DNA of 64,000 nt from Macrostomum lignano. Lineage: Eukaryota. The stretch covers positions 1 to 64,000 of the forward strand of contig NIVC01003530.1 of assembly GCA_002269645.1 (NCBI GenBank), given 5' to 3'. The number at the start of each line of letters is the position of its first letter. Position 1 is the first letter of the stretch. The notes beneath the pieces are model-generated. The model worked only from the letters and a program-made list of their open reading frames with translations, was not told the origin of the DNA and ran no database searches. Positions 19,936 to 30,553 of this stretch are shown here, piece by piece. The translations under genes were made by a program, and so were the position numbers.

Positions 19936-20448
19936 CCTGCATAAAGGGAAGGGGAAACTAAGATTGCGGTACAGGAGAATGGGGACAAATTGAAGAACAA
20001 AATGAGCACAAGATATATATCCAGCGCTCCGAATACTGACTCGAACTCAATCCAGCACCTGAATTCTCGAATGTGCAGATCACATGCAGCAGCTGCTCAG
20101 CATCAGTGAGCACTGTTGCACAGGAATTCATGACAGCCGATCAGAGGCCCCTGACGTCACCATGAGCGCCGTCATTGCAGAGCAGCATCAGTGAGCAAGT
20201 GAGCACAGCGCAACTCACAGAGGAATATTTTACAATCGATTGCAGCTCATAAATCAGACAAGCTGAAGTCGACACTCAGAGCGCAGCCTTCTCAGCAACT
20301 GCTTGAGCACCTTTGTTTTGCATCAGCCAGCAGGTGGACAGCAGCTTGGAGTGGAGCCACCGATTTTGAGCACTCTGCTTGCTGAGTAATGTACATTAAT
20401 GTACTGATGTGCTTAGTGCTGTACTTTTGCAATAAACCGTTATGTTTT

Positions 20449-20667
20449 AGAGTGCTCCATCACCGGTACAGAGTGCTCCATCACCGGTACAGAGTGCTCC
20501 ATCACCGGTACAGAGTGCTCCATCACCGGTACAGAGTGCTCCATCACCGGTACAGAGTGCTCCATCACCGGTACAGAGTGCTCCATCACCGGTACAGAGT
20601 GCTCCATCACCGGTACAGAGTGCTCCATCACTGGTACAGAGTGCTCCATCACCGGTACAGAGTGCTC
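20449..20667 (+). repeat. 21-bp minisatellite (AGAGTGCTCCATCACCGGTAC); paralog at 42776-42929 is three units shorter
   Basis: Read directly from the sequence. Confidence 0.9.
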
Positions 20668-21085
20668 AATAACTAACAAAACACGCAAATCTGTGACTTC
20701 AGTTTCTGCAGAAGCAGCAACGATGCTCTCCAGACTCTGTCGAGTCCAGCAAATTTCTCCAAAGTGCAGAATCCTCAGAGCCTCATCAAATATATTTAGT
20801 CATCAGGCAGGGCGGCAGGGAGGCGTCAAGCGCTCAGGAAGCTGGCAGTTCTGGCACCAGACTCTGCTCAGAGCTGCTCACAAATCTGCACTCAGCGGGC
20901 TGGCTGAGGCCTCGCAGCTCTGATGGGATTTGAGAAGCTGCTGAAGTTGAGCACTGCGGGACCTGAGCGACTGGAGCAGGGAGGGACTTAAGCTGATGAG
21001 GCTGTGCGAGCGACTCTAAATGCAATGCTCTGGGAGAGTGGGGAGAGGGAGAAAAAGGGATGGAGAAGAGAAGAGAGGTAGAATG

Positions 21086-21498
21086 GAGATGCAGCAGTGG
21101 GAAGATGCAGTGTGCGGGCACAGCACGGGTGCAGCAGTGGGGAGATGCAGTGTGCGGGCACAGCAGGGGTGCAGCAGTGGGAGATGCAGTGTGCGGGCAC
21201 AGCACGGGTGCAGCAGTGGGAGATGCAGTGTGCGGGCACAGCACGGGTGCAGCAGTGGGAGATGCAGTGTGCGGGCACAGCACGGGTGCTGCAGTGGGAG
21301 ATGCAGTGTGCGGGCACAGCACGGGTGCAGCAGTGGGGAGATGCAGTGTGCGGGCACAGCACGGGTGCAGCAGTGGGGAGATGCAGTGTGCGGGCACAGC
21401 ACGGGTGCAGCAGTGGGGAGATGCAGTGTGCGGGCACAGCACGGGTGCAGCAGTGGGGAGATGCAGTGTGCGGGCACAGCACGGGTGCAGCAGTGGGA
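21086..21498 (+). repeat. 36/37-bp minisatellite (GAGATGCAGTGTGCGGGCACAGCACGGGTGCAGCAGTGG)
   Basis: Read directly; paralog at 43349-44116 is longer. Confidence 0.9.
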
Positions 21499-22179
21499 GG
21501 CGGTGGGTTCGCATCTGACAGACTCAATAAAAATTCAATTAACGCACAATGAGCAGCGAATGTACATCAGTGTAAATTACAGATCAGTCTGGGAAAGGAT
21601 TGCTAGCCCAGCTCCCTACTCTATTGGGATGAATCCTCAGCTTAAATCCCAAAGCATCCCAAAGCTCAGGGTCAGACTAGCAATCCACTCCCCGACCCCG
21701 CTGGGCCCAGCAGCTCACAGCGGGTGCACACAGCAATTTCAGCTTGCGGATTCGGCAGGGACAACAAAAAGAGTCACAACAAAGAGCTGATGGGGACAAG
21801 CGGCAGGTGCAGGGGATCACAGACAGCGGTGCACAGGCGGGGCCAAGCAGTGCATTCTGAAGTGCAGGAGGACTTCAGCGAATTGCCAGAGGCAGAAATT
21901 TGCACACAGAAATATTTTTTGCAGTGCGAGCTGAGCGAATTCGGCAAAGCTGGGAAGAGGGCGCAGCAGCCGCGGCTCTGCGGCATCTCCGTGTGAGCCG
22001 CCCCGGATCTGCCGCTCCTTGGCTAGACTAGCAATCCACTCTGTTTGTGGAATCCAGCAAACCAGGCCCGGGAGCGCCAAGGTCAAGTCAGTAAAAGTAC
22101 ATCCTGTCACATCCAGGGCATTGCTGATTGACAGTTCAGTCCAGCTGCATGGGGCCGGGGCTCGAGCCCCGCACCTCCC

Positions 22180-22404
22180 CTAGGAGGCCAGCGGCAGCTG
22201 CAGCAGGCTGCCGTCCCGTGGCGAGAAGCCGGCGTTGTGGCGCTGCAGGAACAGGTGCACCTCCCGGAACCGCGGCCTGCAGGCTTCGTCCCGCTGCCAG
22301 CACTCGCTCATCAGGTCGAAGAGCTCGCGGGGGCACCGCGGGGGGCGGGGCAGCGCCTGAGCAGCGCCGTTGCAGAGCATGACGTGCTGGCAGTTGGCGA
22401 CCAC
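22180..22404 (-). CDS. ddr: Duplicated DDR terminal exon
   Basis: Same translation as 44824-45048. Confidence 0.8.
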   Translation of the reverse strand: MVANCQHVMLCNGAAQALPRPPRCPRELFDLMSECWQRDEACRPRFREVHLFLQRHNAGFSPRDGSLLQLPLAS

Positions 22405-22472
22405 CTGGCAGTGATGGGGAGCGGGAGGCTGCGTCAGGACACAGGTTCAGAGTGGATTGCTAATCTAGCCTA

Positions 22473-22677
22473 TGTAATGCCACTCTGGCCAGTACTAGCT
22501 TGAACATTGTATTAGCACGTACATGTCGCTACTCAACTTATGTACGTAAGGCACGCGGCTCAATTGTGCACGTTGCAATCAGATCGCTTCCAAATATAAA
22601 TATCGTCTCACCCTACTTGGAGGGTTAAGGCTTTTTCTCGCACGCCACAAACACTGCCTGACTCCTGAGTCATTACA
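22473..22677 (+). repeat. 5' LTR of the Gypsy element
   Basis: TGTAATGCC...GTCATTACA, followed by the PBS. Confidence 0.95.
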
Positions 22678-22698
22678 TTGGCGTCGCAAGGCTGAACC

Positions 22699-23135
22699 AT
22701 GGCCTTCCTACAACTGCCGGCCCCAGGTAACTTTAGCATTAGAGACGACCCCCACTCCACAAGCAAGCGCTGGCAGGAGTGGTCATCCAACCTTCTACGC
22801 TACCTGGCGGCCACGGGCATCACAAACGAGACACAGAAACGCCAGATCCTCCTATACACGGCAGGCAAAGAAGTAAGCGACCTGTATAGCGAGATCATAA
22901 CAACAGAGACCGACACAACAGAAGGCGAACCTACAGTCGAACCCACGGTCGACCAGCTGATCGCTCTGTTCACCAAGCATTTCCAAGGTCGCGACAACAT
23001 TGTGTTTCTCCGCTACCAATTCCGCCAGTGCGTGCAGGACGAAGGCGAGTCGATAGACGCCTGGCACAGCAGACTCTGGAGCGCCTCGGAAGCCTGCCAG
23101 TTCGAGAGCCTACGTTATTCGCTCGCCAGGGACCG
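22699..23135 (+). pseudogene. gag: Truncated Gypsy gag (N-terminal/capsid part)
   Basis: RWQEW...YLAATGI...QKRQILLYTAG...FRQCVQDEGESIDAW pattern; cut at the deletion junction near 23135. Confidence 0.8.
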
Positions 23136-24763
23136 AGCAGCGCTACTCCCAGACGGAGCGGGAGGCGCTCGCGGTGAAGTACGGTGGCCTGAAGTTTCAT
23201 CACTACCTCAGCGGCGGCGGCAACTTCAAGGTAATCACCGACCACAAGCCGCTGGTATCCCTGTTCAGCCCGGGGTCGCGGCCGCCGCCCCGCATTGAGC
23301 GCATGGCGCTGCGACTGCAAGACCTGGTCTTCCAAGTGGTTTATCAACCCGGAGCCGGCAATCCGTCCGACGTCCTGAGCCGCCAGCCGCTGCCAATGCC
23401 GCCGAACAACGTCGGTGAGCAGGCGGATGCGATCTACGTGGCCACGGCAGTGCGGGCGGCCACCCCGGTGTCCATCAGCCTGACCATCATCAAGGCCGCC
23501 TCCGACCAAGATTCCACTGTCCAAGCAGCTCTGCACGCCATCCGCGGGAACCAGTGGGACAAGAGCGACACGCGCCTACAGGGACTGCACGGCGTGGCCC
23601 ACGAGTTGTCCGAGCTGGACGGCCTGCTGCTGTGCCGCAGCCAACTGTACATGCCGACGGCTCTGCGGTACCGGTGCCTGCAGCTGGCCCACCAGGGCCA
23701 CCAGGGCGTCAGAAAAACGCTGGACCGCCTACAACCGAAGGTTTGGTGGCCCGGCATGCGAGCATCCGTAGAAGCGCACGTGGCAGCCTGCATCAGCTGC
23801 CAGGCCTGCACCCGCGAGACCGCGCCGAAATCCACGCCACTCAAGCCGACCGAACTACCGGAGGGCCCCTGGCTCGAGCTGGGGCTGGACTTCCTCGGAC
23901 CAGTAAGCGGCAAGTCGCTGCTCGTCTGCACGGACCACTTCTCCAGGTTCCCGCTCGTGGAGGTCATGCCCAGCACCACCGCCTCCGCCGTCACCAAGGT
24001 GCTGCGCCGGTGGTTCAGCATCTTCGGGCAGCCGACAAAGGTAACTACAGACAACGGCCCGCCCTTTGCATCGGCCGAGTTCAGCAGCTTCCTGGCGGAC
24101 CAGGGCGCCCGGCACCATCGAATCACGCCTCTCTACCCTCAGGCCAACGGCGCAACGGAGCGGTGCAACCAGGGGCTGAACAAGGCTATTCGCGCGGCGG
24201 TCCTCGAAGGTCGGGACTGGACGCTGGCCTTGGACGAATACCTGGCAGCGTACAGGCGCACTCCACACTGCGCCACAGGCGTCGCACCGGCTAGTCTGCT
24301 ATTTGGCAGGCAAATCAACGACGTGATCCCGAGCCTCCAACACTCGCAGCCCATCGACGCGACAAGAGCGGCCATCGCCGACCGCGACCGCCAGGCCAAA
24401 GAGGAGATGAAGCGGCTCGCCGACCAACGCTCCAGGGCAGCAGACCACGCCATCCGTCCGGGCGACCGCGTCCTGAGGCGTCTGCAATCCCGGCAGAAGA
24501 CCGACGCCTTCTACGAGCCAGTGCCATGGACCGTGGCCGAGGTCCAGGGCGACTCCCTGCTCATGCAGCGCGACGAGGTCGTCTGCCGCAGGCACGCTAC
24601 GCAGGTCAAGCGGCTGTCCGAGCAGCCTAAGCAGTCCGAAGGGCAGCCGCTCCAGCCGCCTGGCCCCCCTGAGCCCACGGAGCCGATCGCTGCCCGGCCG
24701 CATCCCCGGCAAGCAAAGGACCCGGAGAGGAACTACAAAGAGCCCGACCTGCGCAGAAGCTGA
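23134..24763 (+). CDS. pol: Gypsy pol 3' part: RNase H C-terminus plus complete integrase
   Basis: EQRYSQTEREALAV, VITDHKPL, HHCC finger (AHQGHQG...CISC), DFLGP...DHFSRF, TDNGPPF, ANGATERCN. Open frame to the stop at 24763. Confidence 0.9.
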
Positions 24764-24877
24764 TTGACTTGATTGATTGACTGTCTCTCAAATGGACTGC
24801 ACATGCATGAACTGTTAGTCACTTTTTATGGTTCCCTTTGTGTTTTCACCGTTACTTTTAATCCACTCGAGGAGGAA

Positions 24878-25082
24878 TGTAATGCCACTCTGGCCAGTAC
24901 TAGCTTGAACATTGTATTAGCACGTACATGTCGCTACTCAACTTATGTACGTAAGGCACGCGGCTCAATTGTGCACGTTGCAATCAGATCGCTTCCAAAT
25001 ATAAATATCGTCTCACCCTACTTGGAGGGTTAAGGCTTTTTCTCGCACGCCACAAACACTGCCTGACTCCTGAGTCATTACA
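24878..25082 (+). repeat. 3' LTR of the Gypsy element
   Basis: Same sequence as the 5' LTR, preceded by a polypurine tract. Confidence 0.95.
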
Positions 25083-25351
25083 GCCTACACAAATGGATTG
25101 CTAATCTAGCCTACACAACTGCACAAATGGATTGCTAATCTAGCCTACACAGCTGCACAAATGGATTGCTAATCTAGCCTACACAGCTGCACAAATGGAT
25201 TGCTAATCTAGCCTACACAGCTGCACAAATGGATTGCTAGTCTCGCAGATCTCGCAGGCAATCCAATGCTACTCAGTTATGCTACTCTACTGCCTACTTC
25301 CAGTAGTGCAAGTGCAGCCAGTCAGACAAACACCGAGCAGCAGCCGCTCAC

Positions 25352-26169
25352 CTGCTGGTCGGTGAGGTGAGCAAACGGCTGCTCCCTGCAGAAGGTGAGC
25401 ATCTCCCAGAGCGTCACGGCGAAGCTCCAGACGTCGCTGCGGCAGGAGAAGCGGCCGTGCAGGACGGCCTCCCAGGCCATCCAGCGGATCGGCAGCGAGG
25501 CGCCGCGACCTCCGTCCAGCCTGCAGTAGTCAGCGGAGTAGAGAGGCTGAGACACGCCAAAGTCGCAGATCTTCACCTGGTAGTCTTCACCCAGCAGGCA
25601 GTTGCGGCAGGCCAGGTCTCGGTGCACCAGCTGCAGGGACTCCAGGTACTTCATGCCGCTGGCAATCTGAGCTGCCAGGTAGATGAGGCAGCCGTGAGAC
25701 AGCGGTGGCTCAGGTGATGCTGCTGCAGCGGCTGCCCTGGAGCGCAGGAACTGGTGCAGGTCCCCATGCTGCATGAACTCCACCAGGATGCACTGCTGCG
25801 CTGCTGCGTCCTTGGTTGCCACGCCCAGCACCCTGACGATGTTCGGGTCCTGCAGGCGCGCCAACAGCCGCATCTCGCGCCGGAAGTCGCGGCGCGCCTG
25901 CGGCCCCGCGCCAGGCCGGAGAGTCTTGGCCGCCACCAGCAGCAGCCGGCCGCCAGGAGCGGCCCACTCGGCCAGGCGGACCTCGCCGAACTGGCCGGCA
26001 CCAAGGCGCTCTTTCAGCGCCACGGAGCCCGGCGCCACCTCGAGAGCGGCGACCGCGTCGGAGTCGGCGCCGCCGTCCAGATCGTCAGGGACTCCAGCGA
26101 CACGCCGCAGTCCATGGCGGAGGCGAGGTCCGCGTCCGAAAAAGGCGTAGACTGTGTTGCCCGAGCAGC
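25352..26169 (-). CDS. ddr: Duplicated DDR kinase exon
   Basis: Same 818-bp length as 45425-46242. DFGVS instead of DFGMS, and compensating +1/-1 indels near its 5' end. Confidence 0.8.
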
Positions 26170-27014
26170 CTGCGGATTAGGGGAGTAGGGGAGTGGATTT
26201 GAGGGGATTGTTGGCATTTAGAAGGCCAGCTGCAGCTGGTGATGGGGAATGGCGCTTGCTCAGATTCCGGGAAACTCGGACACCAGCAGCTCAGAAATCA
26301 GGTGCTCCATCAGCTCAGGACTCGGAGCCTGCCTTCGCTGCTGCCGCTCGCTCACGCCTCAGGAGTTCAGCGCAGACTGACAGCTCGAAGAGGCTGAGCT
26401 GGCTGCTTCATCTCAAGCTGGTGCCGGTGAGGCAAAGGCATCGAGAGGCTGGCCAAGTGGCCCATCAGTGACAGACCGGACTGCGGTTACGCAATGAGCT
26501 CTGCTCCCCAGCAGAATTCCCTCCTCTCTGCTGTCTGCCTCACCGGCAGGAAATGGCTGAGCTGCCTCATCTCTCTCCCAGCCTCTCAGCTGCTCAGTTG
26601 ATCACTTTCCACCTGATGCGGCTGAGAGGCTGGGACAAAGAGCTGCTCGCGTGGCTGATAAGTGTTTGATGCTGGGAGCTTCATCAGTGGGGATCTGAGC
26701 AGGAATGCGGATTGAGGAGACTCATGTGTCACCTGATGGCACTGGTAGAGCTCAGTAGGAAATATGAGATGTTGAGGCATTTCGGTAATCCCCAAATCCT
26801 CATCACAGGTGAGTCAGGCCACCTGTTGATGTGCATGCCGTGAGGCTATGAACATGCTGACCCACTGACCCACTGACCTGCTGACCCATTGACCCACTCA
26901 CCCCAAAGACTCACTGACTCGCTGACCCGCTGACCCACTGACCCACTATTACACTCTCGCTGACCCACCGACCCAGCTCCATCCCGATGAGGGCCCGGGT
27001 TCGAATCCGCCCAC

Positions 27015-27908
27015 CTTGAATGCTGAGGTCCGACGGGAACCGCGGCACCGGCGGAGGTGGCGAGTTCGAGGCGAACGGCGCAGCGGCCGCAGGCCTCGGC
27101 AGGCCGGGCAGGGCGGGCCGCGACTGCCTGCCGAGCTGCTGGAGGCCTCCGGCATCGACAGCGGCGGCGGTGGCGGAGTTGGCGACCTGCCTGAGCGGCT
27201 GCTGATGCGGCTGCCCGGTGCCGGTCATGACGAGGCGGGGCCGCGCGTACGTGCCGAGCCCGCTGGCGTACAGGCCGCTGGCGCCGCTGAGGCCCGGGAA
27301 GGCCGGCGGCTGCTGCGGGCCGTACAGCGTGGCGCTGGCGTACTCGCGAGCGGCGCCAGAGACGGCGGCGGCGGGGGCGAACTGTGCAAAAGAGGCGGGC
27401 GCGTAGGTGTAGCAGCAGTCCGGCGCGCTCAGGTCGGTGCGCTGCTCCTCCTCGTCCTCCGAGTTGGGCAGGCTGGTGTAGATGCTGCCGTTGGCTGCCT
27501 TGCCGTTGATCAGCATGGCTGGCCGGCCGCTGCTGAAGTCCAGGTGGATGCTCTCCGCGTTCTTGACCTGCTGGTGCACCGCCGACTGGCGCCGGCCCGC
27601 CGCGTGTCCGCCGCTTCGCTGCTTCTTGCGAAGGAGGCGCCGCCGCAGGCAGAGGAAGGCGATGGCGAGCATCAGCAGGACGGCACCCAGCAGGATGGAG
27701 ACGATGATGGCCACGTAGGTGGTGGTCTCGCTCTCCCTGCCTGCGCTGCCTCCGCCCTGCTCGATGCGCTCGTTGTGCGAGGAGCCTCCGCGACCTGCGC
27801 TCGGCGGCTGCGGCGGCTTTGGCCTGCCGGAGTTCGGCGGCTGCGGCCGCTGCGGCGGCGACGGCGGCTGCGGCGTCGCTTCCGTGGGCGGCGGGTTGGC
27901 GACCAGCT
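27015..27908 (-). CDS. ddr: Duplicated DDR transmembrane/juxtamembrane exon
   Basis: Near-identical to 47121-48017 (one Ala codon fewer), with intact AG/GT sites. Confidence 0.8.
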
Positions 27909-27919
27909 CTGAGGGGCGG

Positions 27920-28780
27920 ATGAAGACAGCAGCAGGTGAGGCGGATGGAGACAGCAGCAGGTGAGGCGGATGGAGACAGCAGCAGGTGAGGCGGATGGAG
28001 ACAGCAGCAGGTGAGGCGGATGGAGACAGCAGCAGGTGAGGCGGATGGAGACAGCAGCAGGTGAGGCGGATGGAGACAGCAGCAGGTGAGGCGGATGGAG
28101 ACAGCAGCAGGTGAGGCGGATGGAGACAGCAGCAGGTGAGGCGGATGGAGGCAGCAGCAGGTGAGGCTGATGAAGACAGCAGCAGCTGAGGCGGATGAAG
28201 ACAGCAGCAGCTGAGGCTGATGAAGACAGCAGCAGGTGAGGCGGATGGAGACAGCAGCAGCTGAGGCTGATGAAGACAGCAGCAGGTGAGGCGGATGGAG
28301 ACAGCAGCAGGTGAGGCGGATGGAGACAGCAGCAGGTGAGGCGGATGGAGGCAGCAGCAGGTGAGGCTGATGAAGACAGCAGCAGCTGAGGCGGATGAAG
28401 ACAGCAGCAGCTGAGGCTGATGAAGACAGCAGCAGGTGAGGCGGATGGAGACAGCAGCAGCTGAGGCTGATGAAGACAGCAGCAGGTGAGGCTGATGAAG
28501 ACAGCAGCAGCTGAGGCGGATGAAGACAGCAGCAGGGGAGGCGGATGAAGACAGCAGCAGGTAAGACGGATGAGGGGCGGAAGAGGGGAGGATGAAAGGC
28601 GGATGAGGGGCGGATAAGGGCGGATGGAGAGTGGATGAGGGGCGGATAAGGGCGGATGGAGAGTGGATGAGGGGCGGATAAGGGCGGATGGAGAGTGGAT
28701 GATGGGCGGATAAGGGCGGATGGAGAGTGGATGAGGGGCGGATAAGGGCGGATAAATACGGGTGAGGGCGGATGAGGGGC
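27920..28780 (+). repeat. 25-bp intronic minisatellite plus a purine-rich repeat next to the DDR TM-exon acceptor (paralog 48027-48680)
   Basis: Unit GAAGACAGCAGCAGGTGAGGCGGAT and variants. Confidence 0.9.
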
Positions 28781-30553
28781 GGATAGAAGGCAGGTGCTGA
28801 AGCCCTTCTTTCCAATTCCCAGATGTCTAAACTCCTCAGTTAAGCACAAAATTCTCTCACAGCTCCGCCAGATCCCAAAACCACTGCCGATGCCCCAGCC
28901 CGAGTCTGCCGACCCATCGAAGAGCCGCAAAGTGAAATCAGGTCAAGCGAGAGGGCAGGTGCCTCACAATGTCATGAAGAACAATTTTCCCCAGAATCTT
29001 CAGACCCGCCTGCAAAGCGAAGACTTTCTGCTCGGATATTGTGGAATATCTGGCCAAGGATCACGATCAACTGGGACCCGCAGTTCCAAGATGAAGGGGA
29101 GGCTGGGAGCGGATGCAGCTTATAATAACCTGGAAGCTGTCCGCGGGAGTCACTTCAGAGACGCCAGGAATTTCAATTGCAGAGTTTGCGCAGAATCCCT
29201 CCGTGATCTGCGGTGTTTTCCCAAGTGGGAGACTCCGGCTCAGTGAGGGGTTTCTGGGAAATTGTTCCTGATTTCAGGGAGGATTTCTGGGAAATTGTTC
29301 CCGAGTTTAGTGAGGATTTCTGGGAAATTTTTCCCGATTTCAGTGAGGGGTTTCTGGGAAATTGTTCTTGATTTCAGTGCTGCAAGCATTTCTATGTAAA
29401 TTTCTCATTTAAATAACCGCCGCTGTCATATTTCTCTGGAAAATTTTCGTGATTTTGTTCCGGAATCTTTTTGACATTGCTTATCCGAGCTCACTGCTTC
29501 TGTTTGTGTAATTTAAAGCAAATTTGATTGGTCACAATGGCCTCAATAAGATGTTTATTTATCCATTCTTACATTTGTCTTCCATCATTTTACTACAGGT
29601 TGCTTTGTTTCTTGGGGTATTGAAATGCGCACCGTGAAGTGACGTCAGTCAAATCCGGCTTTCAGGCGCTGAACCGTTCTGAGCAGCAATGGTTTTCTCA
29701 AGTAGAGTAATTGAAGCATGGGCTTTACTTTGCAGTAACTTGATGTTCAATTCTCAGTCATCCTTTTCAAGCATGCCGGCAATTTCAAATGTTGGTCAGT
29801 GGCCACAGTTGGATACCCTGGCGTTGTAAATTCATGAATCATGAATCTTTGAACTGGTTCATAATGATGAACAAGACATTTACACCGTAATTGCGCTGGC
29901 ACAGAAACTCAAGCGGCTCTCCCATGAATTTTCACATCCTGCTGTGTCAGCAGGAACTTTTCCTTCCCATTTCGCTCCGCCCAATTCCTTTCCATTTCAT
30001 TGTTCCCGCTTCACCTACAGGGGAGCTCATCCTATAGCGATTCAACACGGAAGTGAACCAGCTCTGAACTCCAGCACTCGAACGCTGAGGGATTATCAAT
30101 CCAGTTATAAATACGGCAAAAGCTATGCTTGGAATAAACGTCACGAACAAGACCTCCCTGATAGTGAGTCATCAGTGAGACTGGATCCTTATTGATAATG
30201 AATATTATTTTCTATTGAAAAGGCCATAAAAGCCAAAGTTAATTGCCTGATCTTATCAGCGATATCCAAAAAAGGTCAAAAAAGGTTGAGCCAAGCCGCT
30301 CAACATGGCCCACTGCACTCATAAGGCGCCTCTGATAGTAAGGCAGGTTCGCTTAACCTCAGCTCTTATTTATTGATTTCCACGGTCCAGTTGCATTGCC
30401 GCCAGCGCTGCAAGTTAAGCAGAGCCGGCCGTGGTTAGTACGCAGATAAACAGGCTTGCGTCAGGCAGCTGAGCTCCAGTTCAGGCTCGCATTTCTATTC
30501 CATAATCCCATTTGGTTGCTATGCTGGTTACTGTGCTGCCACCTCACCGACAG

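Larger units (their letters stand above)
22473..25082 (+). mobile_element. Ty3/Gypsy LTR retrotransposon, internally deleted (2,610 bp), recent insertion in the last intron of the DDR duplicate
   Basis: TG...CA LTRs of 205 bp (22473-22677, 24878-25082) that read as identical; 5-bp TSD GCCTA; PBS-like TGGCGTCGC; PPT GAGGAGGAA; empty site at ~45110. Confidence 0.96.
1..29280. other. Segmental duplication, left copy (ankyrin-kinase + DDR 3' exons, expanded by the Polinton and Gypsy insertions); its left boundary lies outside the window
   Basis: Collinear, near-identical to 38.1-49.2 kb. Similarity stops at the GGGTTTCTGGGAAATTGTTC block (~29280 vs ~49230). Confidence 0.9.

Noticed and set aside
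18843-20009. Long ORFs over the 17-bp array (also 40965-42335)
   Set aside because: Translations are periodic products of a stop-free minisatellite in several frames.
19216-21498. Regular repeat arrays as CRISPR loci
   Set aside because: Head-to-tail tandem units with no unique spacers, no cas genes, and a eukaryotic context.
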